A stretch of DNA of 64,000 bases from Epithemia pelagica (taxonomy: Eukaryota; Protista; Bacillariophyta), in the NCBI GenBank assembly GCA_946965045.2, contig OX337234.1:2728001-2792000 (forward strand). Direction: 5' to 3'. The notes beneath the pieces are model-generated. The model saw nothing but the letters and a program-made list of their open reading frames with translations. It searched no databases and was not told where the DNA came from. This document shows, piece after piece, positions 54,482 through 64,000 of the stretch. The position numbers were made by a program, and so were the translations under genes. Position 1 is the first letter of the stretch; each line of letters starts with the position of its first letter.

Positions 54482-54765
54482 TCTAGAGTGTGTCTGATGC
54501 CGAATAAATGTTATGATTGGATGAATCTACGGAAGTTCTCCTAATGCACCTGTAAGACATATACAGCAATGTAGTCCAACGAACATGCAGTCGCACACTC
54601 TCAAGTTAGGATTTTCAAAGATGTACCAGCTAGTAAGTAGAGATATGAAGCATCCAGGTAGCGAGCTTTGTACTTTAACATCTTGTACCGAATCACGAGT
54701 GGTGACAGATCGAGCCAAAAGTCCACGGTCCGGCGAAAGCCGCGAGAAAGTGGAAGTAGACTGTT

Positions 54766-55994
54766 TCATGGTTGGTGTGGATTGCTAGTAGAAGTAGTAG
54801 TGTGTAGGTCCAGTGGATCGTGTTGTTGTCGTCGTTGTTGTTGTTGTTGTTGTCGTCTGAGGAGCATCAGGGCTTGACGGGCATTGGCCAGGGTGAGACC
54901 GACGGAACTTTGTACCGGCACGACATGGTCTTGTTCAAACAGAGACCGATATCGTTCATTGGCCGGTCCATGAATCAAGTCTTCATCGTCCAAGGCAATC
55001 CAACAGGGTCCCTGGTTTTTGTTGATTGTAGTGGGAGTGTTGTTGTTGTTGTTGTTGGTATGGAGTGCATAGTTGGTTCGAGGAGCCTGCTGCTGCTGCT
55101 TGGAAGGATGGTGGATCCGCCCCTTGGAGGGTGGTTTCCCTTTTTTGGTTCCGCGTCGTTTGTTGTGGTGGTTGTGGGGTTGGAATGGGTTGGTCGAGTG
55201 CGAGTGCGAATCAGGATGCTGCTGCTGCGTTTGCGGGAAGACGAAAGGATTGAGGATAGTGTGTGTGCAACCAATCGTAAATTTCGTATTGTCGTTCGGA
55301 ATGCAAGAGTGGATTGGTGACATCGTCAAAGGCAAAGTCCTTCCAGACCGTAGTATAACCATTCTGCAGGCAGGATGGTTGTGCTTGTGCTTGGTCTTCT
55401 TGTCGTTGTTGTAGTTGTTGTCCATGCGTTTGGAGTGCTTGTTCAATCAAGGCAATGGCGTGGGGTTGGACCCGCCACGTGGAGGACAAGACCCAATAGG
55501 TCGGCCACGGTTCGGTTGGGAAGGTTGTGGTACTAGTAGAAGCAGCATCCATTGCGGTGGTGGTCGTCCGTGGAGTTCTTGTTGTTGTTGTTGTGGTCTC
55601 TTGCAGTTGTTGCATCAGGTACATCAAGGCATTCAATGTCGAGGAAGGAAAGAGTGATGAGGACGATGAGGAGGAGGAGGACGACGACGAAGATGGTTCG
55701 GACGTTGTTGTGGACCATGAATTTGGTGAAGGATACGTTTCTTGTGGTTAATTTGCAGGGAAGGGAATGGTGGAGACGGATTGGCGGCAGTGGTGTCGTT
55801 GTCGTTGTCGTCATTGGAGTCGTCGTCGTCGTCCGTGTGGATCGTTGGATTGTTGTTGCTGCTGCTACCAATATCCTCTTGCACAAGACACTCCTTGTCG
55901 TGTGAGTCGAACCCTCAGTGGTGGAAGAAAAGGGTAACAGAACGCCATCAATGTCGAGAAACACAATGTTGCACCGATGACAAGACGACCACAT
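54766..55994 (-). pseudogene. Frameshifted duplicate of the HAD phosphatase
   Basis: Close DNA copy of 51467-52697; the motifs are spread over four ORFs (about 3 frameshifts). Confidence 0.85.
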
Positions 55995-56696
55995 GATACA
56001 TGATGCCTTGTTTGGGTTGCGTATGAGACGTTTTGTGTGTCGTGTGGTGTAGCTTGGTTCTGCGCTGGGGTGGTTTCTGGGTGGGGACAAAACTCGCTTG
56101 TAGACTGATTTTATCTAAGACACAGCTTCCTCTATTCTACTGGCTATGGGTTGGAGGCCCATTCTCCATTCTCCCTACCTATGACCTATAGGTACTTGGG
56201 AGTAATACAAAACAGTATCCGTACTCCTTCTCTGATCAGATGTGTAGTTCTCTAAACGGAAAAAACATTCGATGTTCCATTGGCATCTCTGATGCACTCA
56301 AACATGATGTAGAATTTGGTTGTTCCAGTTTGCTTTTCTGTTTCTACGAGTGTGACGGGAGAAATGTGGTATCTCTCTCTCTCTTCCTTTTGGAGCGAGG
56401 AGGGGCCGCGTCCCTTCGGTTGTCACACACATGAGAGAGAGATCCAATCATCCAGCCAATGCCACTGTGACAGGATGAACGCGGTTTCCCCAGGGCGTGT
56501 ATTCTCAACCACAACTAGCGCATCATTCAAAACCTCTTTTCTTCTTTCTCCTTGTCTTCTTTCTTGGTGAGCCATTTTGTATGGTTTTGGTTGGGAGGGA
56601 GCGTCCCTATCCGGAGGAGGAGGAGTACTATTCTTCCCAACCAACTCACCACTACCCCCAGACGACAAAAGGACAGCATTCCCAACCGTCTTAGTC

Positions 56697-58387
56697 TTAC
56701 CACCACCGCCAGCGTCGTCGTCGTCCTGGTCGTTGTTCGTGTCGTTGCAACAGGTCCAATACAGTTGGTGGCGCGTGGGCTTGTTGTGCGACATTCCAGG
56801 GTCGGTCGCCCTGTCAATTCCGAATCCACAAACTTGTAGGACCGTGTCGAATCAAGACCTCGACCATTCGGGCCTCCTCCTTGTCGTCGTCATTGTCATT
56901 GTCGTCATTGTTGTTGTCATTGTCGCTGTCGTCGTCGTCCAGACAAGGACGACGACGACGACACTGACAGGCTCGATGCAAGACCGTGTCTCCTGTCCAC
57001 GGGGTCGTTGCACCAAGGCGGGAAAGGCCTGGGCCAAACAATCCACCACATCGGCAGTATTGGACTGGACCGCCAGGTCCAAGATGGAACGACCATCCTC
57101 GGTTATGGGTGGAATGGGATCCCGGGGGACCAGAGGATGGGTGGATGACGACAAGGACGACGAGTCGGCGGCAAAGTATTGGAGCAACCATTGAATGACA
57201 TCGAGCGATTGACTCGATACGGCCCACACCCATGGTGTCATGCGTTGCGAATCCAGTACGACCATGGCGTGCGGTGCGGCCTGGACCAAGACGGCAATCA
57301 CGTCGACCGTACACGTTCGGCGCGAACAGGCGAGATGCAAGGCGGTGGACTGGGTCGGATTGTGGGTATCCACGACACTGGGGGCATGACCCTGTACCAA
57401 GGCTTGTATGACCTGGAGGGGAGCTTGACAAGCCACGGCGGCATGCAAGGGATACCATCCCTGATCGGCCGCGTGCGCCATGCCCTGCGGATACCGGTGC
57501 ATCAAGCTCTCCAGGACAGCCGGTGGTGCTCGATACGTACAGGCCATGGCCAAGGGCAAGGCTCCATCGAATCGGGCCCGGGACACACTGTCGGGATACT
57601 GGGCCATCAAATAGTCGACGACGGACTCGTGGGCGGCAAACGAACAGGCATACAAGAGGGGTGTCGCACCCTTGGTGGGATCGACTTGACGAATCGCGGC
57701 CGGATAGGCCTCGTAGACGGCTTGTACAACCGACAGGGGTGGATTCCAACACACGACACGGGCCAAGGGCGACAAACGTCGAAGTCGATGCACGCCACGG
57801 CGTGTCTCGACCAGACACTCGTACAGGCCCTGACAGGTTTGGGGAAATTCCTGCACAACGGCCACCATTGTGGCAAACAGACGGTCCCGTTTCGTCTTCT
57901 TGTTCGTGTCGTCGTCGTCGTCGTCGTCGTCGTTATTGGCAGTATCACTGTTCTTGTCGTGGTGGTTCGTTTCCCATTCCGGGGCATTCAACAATTGATG
58001 GAGAATTTCGTGGGCCGCCAAGGATCGGACCATGTCGTAGGCGCCGGGAGGCAAGGACTTGTAGTAGTACTATTCGTGGTTTCCAATAGTTTGGTCGTCG
58101 TCCTCCTCCTCTTGTGCGACGACGTGTGGTGAGTCGTCCTCCCTTCGTTTGCTTGTGGTTGTTGTTGTTTGGTCATTTCTTGTGGCGGTGCTGGTATTCG
58201 CCGGTTTCGTCGTCTGGTTGGTGGTGGTGATGGCAGGTTCGGAAGGAGGAGGTGTGGTCCAAGGATTCGACAAGGACAAGACCATGTTCTGGTTTCGAGC
58301 TCGTGGTGACATGCTGGACCTTGTTTCAACTTCGTGGCTCGAGGTAGTACTAGTTTTGGTGTGGTTGTCCTTGTCCTGTGTGTCCAT
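56697..58387 (-). pseudogene. Ankyrin-repeat pseudogene
   Basis: Ankyrin repeats (TPLLYAC, YPLHAAV, TALHLAC, TVLHRAC) with an in-frame TAG at 58070-58072, a frameshift near 56995 and an in-frame TGA at 56814-56816. Confidence 0.75.
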
Positions 58388-58761
58388 GTCAATCTGTGAT
58401 GGAGATGATGGTGGCCAAAGAATCGACGAAAACACACAAAGATTCTCGCTCTCTGATGCTAAAAATTCGCTTATCAGAAAGATTATACGTTCATTACAGA
58501 GAAAACTATCCTGGCTCACAGATGGGAGTCGTACACAGCTCCCACCAAAATCGGCCACATAGCCGTGGTAGTTTCCACACATTTGTCGTTCATTGCCAAA
58601 TATAGGCCACAATTTCAACACTCCTCTCAAATCAACCTTGCCGCTGCAATGTTGGTTTGTTATCGTCTTGTGGTCCTTGATTTATCCTAGGTGGTTCGCA
58701 TCATGCTACCTCCACCTCCATTCAACCAAGTGGTTCCGCTCATGCATAATCCACTTATCAT

Positions 58762-61700
58762 TCACTCTGTGCCAAAGATGTGGTGAAGCAAGTTCCGTAC
58801 AAACCCACGCCTCTTCTCTCCATTTGGCAGGACCTTGGTCAACAAATCCGCCTCGTTATCGTGAGTGTTTATGTAGGTCGTCCTCCACTCGTCCCTTGCC
58901 ACACCCTCCCGCACAAAATGGTATGCAATAGACTGGCTCTTCTTCTTTAGCGCCGAGTCTGGTATTGTAGTGTTCGCCAACACTGACTGATTATCTCCGT
59001 AGATAAGGCTTGGACCGTCGCACGGTATTCCAAGCATCCTTAGCTTGTACCGTAACCCTCGTAGGTATTCGCAACACTGCTTCATAGCAATGAATTCCGA
59101 TCCAAAGGATGATGATTCGATTGATGTCTGCTTCTTGCTCCACCAATATATCAATGCCGAATTCAGATAGACGAGAAAACCCGTTCGAGATCGTCTCGAT
59201 ACCGTGTCGGAAGCATGATCCGCATCGACTTTGGCGCGAATCACGAACCCCAATCCTCGAGGCTCCGGCATGTTGGGTGGGAACTCCTCCTTGCCATCAA
59301 TATGGCCAAACTCTGAGGCAGTCCAATCTCTTCGTTCAAACTCTGTTTCGTCAACGACGGGATCGCTTGGATCATACACAAGCTCTGCGTTGTGGTATTT
59401 CTTGAGGTATGCGAATACCTGCAGGACTTGTTGCATATGCCCCTCCCTCGGTAGGGCGAGATGGGACGACAACACTGATACCTCAAGACAGATATCGACT
59501 CTGCCTAACTCGACAATCCAACGCAAAACTCCGATCAAAGATTGATAGTACAAGGCTTCTCCCGGTGACAATTCCGCTGAGACATCCAGTTCTGCCCTGT
59601 AGTTGGCCTTCATCGGCGTGTCTGCTTTGCTTGGTAGGGACCACCTTTTGTTCTCCTCCTTGGACAAATGATCTTCCACATTCTTTACGGCGGCTTGGAC
59701 GTATTGCGAAGAACTGAAGGCCCATGCTTCGGCTCCATTTGCAAGCACAACCTTTCGAACTCTTCCACCGAGATACAGACTTGGAGGACCGACCGACTCC
59801 TCTTTCAACTCAAAATATCGGCCAATTTCCTCCCGGAGAATCTTCTCCGCTCTCTCCCCGATGGCCAAGGCGTCGTCTACATAGAGCAATACATACTCGT
59901 AGTACGGTGATCCGTCAGACTTTTCTGCCGGCCTCATCCAGACATCTGGATCCGCAGGGCATGACTTGAAACCAAGATGACTCATACATGACCTGAGAGG
60001 GTTCCGAAAGTCTTTTCCCGCCGTCTTTCTACCATATAATGCGCGATGAACGAGTGCAACCTTGCCCACGTTCTCGATCCCGAACTCAGGACCACATATA
60101 ATGTAATCCTTTCTCGAAGATGGCGCCTGGAGGTACGCATTTCTGATGTCAGCGGCGAAGACATCAAGCCCATTCAGAGCGGCGTACGTGAAAGCGATGC
60201 GTACGCTCTCTCTAGACACTACACCGGCAAACGTTGATCCCTCTGGATCCGGTGTCTTGTACCCATCGAGAACCCACCTGGCCTTCCTGGTAAAATCCAT
60301 TTTCACGTCCCAGACTAGGTGTCCGGTTACCAGGTGCCAACCATGGGGTGCCTTTTCTCCATCGGCTAGGATTTTGAAGGCGACTCCAACATTGAACATC
60401 TCCTTAGCTAGAGCCTTCATCCAATAATCATTGCCGTTTCTCTTGTCAAGCTCCTTCGCATGCTCCACACTTGTAGGTATCTCTATACCATACTTGTGCC
60501 GGATGTGTCGTGCACGTGTCTTCAGTGCCGATATGATTGCGTCCCTGCGCCGCAATGTTGACTTGGCCCACCATTGAAACGCGGGCTCATCATCCAACCC
60601 TCGTGCTACGGCGAACTCAGCCGTCTCGATAGGATATGATTCCTTCATGTCTGCCAATCGTTGCCAAGATTCGGATCCATCCTTCCACTTGACTAGCAGC
60701 CACCACCCTCTCGTCGTCTTCCTTGCCCTCCGTCTACCATGCCTGTCATAGACGTATTTGTCGCGTTTGGATACGGCCAGAGATTCGTCCTTCTTCCATT
60801 CGACTATCCCTTCCATCAGTCGCAGGTGTTTCCCATCTGTGTCAACCTCGGCAAGCATGCTTTCGGCTATGACATTAGCGGCATACTCCTTGACTTGGCC
60901 GTCCAAGAACTCGACTTCGTAGAGGATTGAATTGCTGTATGGGTCGTCATGGTATTTGCCAGACGTTGTCCCATCGGCCCCAATGGCTCGTCTCTTGACC
61001 ACTCCCTTGCTGATCTCGTCGCCGATCTGCATTTGCACTTCAGCGTTGATCATCCTGTCGTAGGCAGGGCATTGGTTCAAGAGTCTTCCCGTGTTGTCAA
61101 CTGTGTCTTCTATGTCCGGGGTGGTATATTGAGGTTGTTCATCGTCCTCATATGGATCATAAAATTTTTCATCGTCGTCGGGAATGGTAGGTGGTGGTTG
61201 TATGGAGGTGCCATGCCTCCTCTCAATCAATGCGTTGAAAGCCTCACGCTTTGATTGCTCACTGGCACTGTAGATTTCAGATTCTTGTAGTGGGCGGGTG
61301 GACCGTCGTGGCACCACATTTCCATTTGCTTTTAGAACCCATTGTGCCATCTCATTTCCTTCACCTTTTGCCGGACCAAGGATACGACCTAAGACCTCTT
61401 GGTTGTGGGGAAACTTTGCTGTGTGCTCACGGAAGTAGCACCATTCGTACCACTGGTATCGTCCAAGACTCGAAATATTCCCCCTCAACACCCAGCGTTG
61501 CGGTGTAGGGATTCGTTCCCCGAACGGTGATGTAATCTCGAGCCGTGAGATTGTAAATTCGGACTCTCCTCTCTAGGCAGTAGTCCCAAAACGGAAGCGG
61601 GGAGTTCGCTTCGCGCATGTCTTTGCGAACCGCTTCCTTTATCAACTTGATATACAACTCAGCTTTATTCGCCCAAGGCGTGCCCTCTTCCAACACACGA

Positions 61701-63292
61701 AGAGTTGTTCCGATGTCGTTAAGGAATAATTTCATGTCGGAACTCGTTTGTTCCTTGGACATGTCACAAATCAACGCATCGGGAGCACCAATTTCTTTTG
61801 CAAAGATCTTGACAGCCATCAAAACTTCTGACTTCCTCTTCATTGGCACCACATGCATGAAGCCTTTGTCAGTAACAAACAATTGGCAACATGTGTGGCC
61901 ACGAGACGACTTCCCTCCTTTCTTCGTCGCAAAGAAGGTGTCCATATAGAAGTATTCTTCTATTCGTCGGTACCGGAGCATTCGGTCGTTGGTGCCATAA
62001 TTCTGTGACAGGGTTGGATCTTCAGGCCTTTTCCCACGTTGGGATGTCACAGCCAAGGTTCGTTTGGCGTCGTCGTGACTGATCCTCCATACTTTGGCGA
62101 GGTGTTTGGCTCCAATGCCTTGGGACTTGCCAGCATGAACACTTGAGACGAAGAAATCATCAAGGTCTACATCTTCCAACGTGCTCAGGTCAATGTCCAT
62201 GTCGTCGTCTGGTTCTCTCTCGCCTTCAGAACTGTCATCGCTATTGTCCTCCTCATCGCCCTCATCCTGGATGGTGGTGGCTCCAATGGCTGCAACTTCT
62301 TTGCCATGGACCATTCTCTCCTCCAATCCCAGCGCCATCATGGATTCGACAAGGACCGAAGATATGCCAGATAGATGTCCACTGATTTCATCATATGGCT
62401 CAATGGCAGCGGATTTCCGAAGCTCTGCCATGTGGTTCCTCCAATGGTTCCGTGCTGCGCATGTTCGGTCGATTGCATGTGCTTCCATGGAGGATACCCG
62501 ATAATCCTGTTCATCATTCGGATCAGGGATATCATCAATTACAATTCGCAACTGGTCCTTTTTTTCCTTGATGTTGCCCTCCCAATCCAACATACTCGCC
62601 TCATTTGTCTCATAGGCGTCGGAGTGTGGGTTCCAACGGCTTGGAGTCAGGACGTATACGTCATGTCCTGCAACAAGGTCGTCTTCTGTTGGCTTGACAG
62701 TCGGGAAAAAGGAGAAGATTCCCCAAAGACTCAGAGGGATTCGGAAACCCGTGGACGGGAAAATGACCGCATGATCGTCTGTGGTCGGGTCATCAGTGTG
62801 GATCTTCGCCCGTTCGTTGACCTTGATGCCTGCCTCTCTCAGAATGAACGGTGGGATCAAGTTGTTCTCCATTGCTTGAACCCACAAGGCGTTTTGAATG
62901 ACGAGAAGGTATGGCTTCCCTGCATACGGGCAATCGTAACGGACAATGGCGTCCACCAGTTCCGCTTGCATCGATTTGTATTGGGGTGTGAAAGGACTAA
63001 CGTCGACCTTCCTCCCATGCTTGTTTACAATGTACCCATGCCGCCTGACAACAGGCATATTGGCATGGCTGTCCAGCTCCGTTCGATGCTCCCCATCCAT
63101 GTCCTGCATTTCCTCATCATTGTCCAGTGATGCAGCGGCAACAATCGCAAAGCATCGGTTTGGAACAATGGACTTATGCTGCCTGCATTGGCATTCATGC
63201 TCGAATTGTCCGTGTTTTCCAGGGTCCCATGGTTTTGTGTTGTCCGGCTGCAATATCCCTCCTCTCAAGGATGAGGACATGGCCGGACGCCC
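58762..63292 (-). CDS. pol: Copia pol with one frameshift (C5 run at 61480-61484)
   Basis: LDSHA, YMDTF..ICD..NKAE, LYVDD, VDADHA and ADLLTK. Confidence 0.9.
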
Positions 63293-64000
63293 TCACGAGA
63301 ACTTCGCCTGCTTGAGGATGGATTGGAGGGTGGATGGTTTCTTGGGAGCAGCAGCGGGTGGTGCGGGTGGGAGAGCTAACTGTTCCTTGACAGCATTTTG
63401 AACCATGCTTGCAATTTGCGCTTGCAAGTCGGTCGTCTCCTTGTCTTCTTCGATTCCATCCTTTGCGAACTTTTTAAGTTCCTTGGCCACGACGGAAGCC
63501 AGTTGCCGTTTGACAGACTTGTTGCTTTTCCCTTTCTTATCGTTCTGGTTGTTCTTCTTCTTTGAAGGGTTGGCTTTGCGCCATTCTCGCAGTTCATCTT
63601 TCTGCTCATCGGTCAGGTTATCATACTCACTGGGAGTATGGTATCGGAGATGGACCCCCGTCTTCCCAATGCTCTGCTTCTTCGCAGCGGTCGTGGAGCT
63701 CGCTTCAGCTGTCACGGTAGTGTCATCGATCTCAACAGAAGAGATTTGCGCGGCATTGCGCTTGTTATTGGTGGCGGCGGCTCTTTTCTTAGCCACAGGA
63801 TCGTAGGGCAGGAGGTGCGCCGCGCCCTTCTCGAATCTGTTCCGCATCCCATCAGGGTCAGTATCAGTGCGGACACTTGCCATTGCGGCTTGTAGTCCAG
63901 CATCAGAGCATTGAATCCCTTCAAGTAAGTACCCAACACGCGTGTGTTCATTGGGCAATTGATACGAGACATGGTCAGCACACTGTTGCATGGAGACATA
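63293..64000 (-). CDS. gag: Copia gag, C-terminal part
   Basis: RVGYLLEGI..LLPYDP..VHLRYHTPSEY..LREWR, immediately upstream of pol. Confidence 0.8.
   Translation of the reverse strand, partial: YVSMQQCADHVSYQLPNEHTRVGYLLEGIQCSDAGLQAAMASVRTDTDPDGMRNRFEKGAAHLLPYDPVAKKRAAATNNKRNAAQISSVEIDDTTVTAEASSTTAAKKQSIGKTGVHLRYHTPSEYDNLTDEQKDELREWRKANPSKKKNNQNDKKGKSNKSVKRQLASVVAKELKKFAKDGIEEDKETTDLQAQIASMVQNAVKEQLALPPAPPAAAPKKPSTLQSILKQAKFS

Larger units (their letters stand above)
58454..64000 (-). mobile_element. Second Ty1/copia (CoDi-like, chromodomain-bearing), 5' end outside the window
   Basis: gag, PR, INT, chromo-like, RT and RH. PPT TTGAGAGGAG is followed by TGTTG at 58620. The LTR end at 58454 (..CATCA) is inferred. 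Confidence 0.9.

Noticed and set aside
51493-58132. Long + strand ORFs opposite the HAD and ankyrin genes
   Set aside because: Antisense shadows produced by trinucleotide-rich coding sequence.

Overview
Eukaryotic, gene-dense window, most likely from a pennate diatom (inferred from CoDi-like Ty1/copia elements, short GT-AG introns and microsatellite-rich host genes). Host genes: GT10 fucosyltransferase, MsrA, leishmanolysin-like M8 protease, an ankyrin protein plus an ankyrin pseudogene, GT77 transferase, atypical Hsp70, an oxidoreductase fusion, GST and a HAD/Swiss-army-knife phosphatase. Mobile DNA: an internally deleted CRE-like non-LTR retrotransposon (1990-8380), a complete young copia (43037-49397), a second partial copia (about 58454-64000), and a 6.1-kb TIR-bounded DNA transposon (22328-28452). 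The transposon is the top candidate for a new system. It encodes a RAG1/Transib-like DDE transposase, convergent with a second gene whose N-terminus looks like a BAH chromatin-reader domain, an arrangement reminiscent of ProtoRAG. Other highlights: a membrane protein with three SH3/Tudor-like repeats, a HicA-like module and an Stc1-type zinc finger; a cluster of three REase+kinase (Crinkler-type) genes alternating with HAD phosphatase copies; and in-frame UGA gag/pol junctions in both copia elements. All domain calls are motif recognition by eye; no searches were run.
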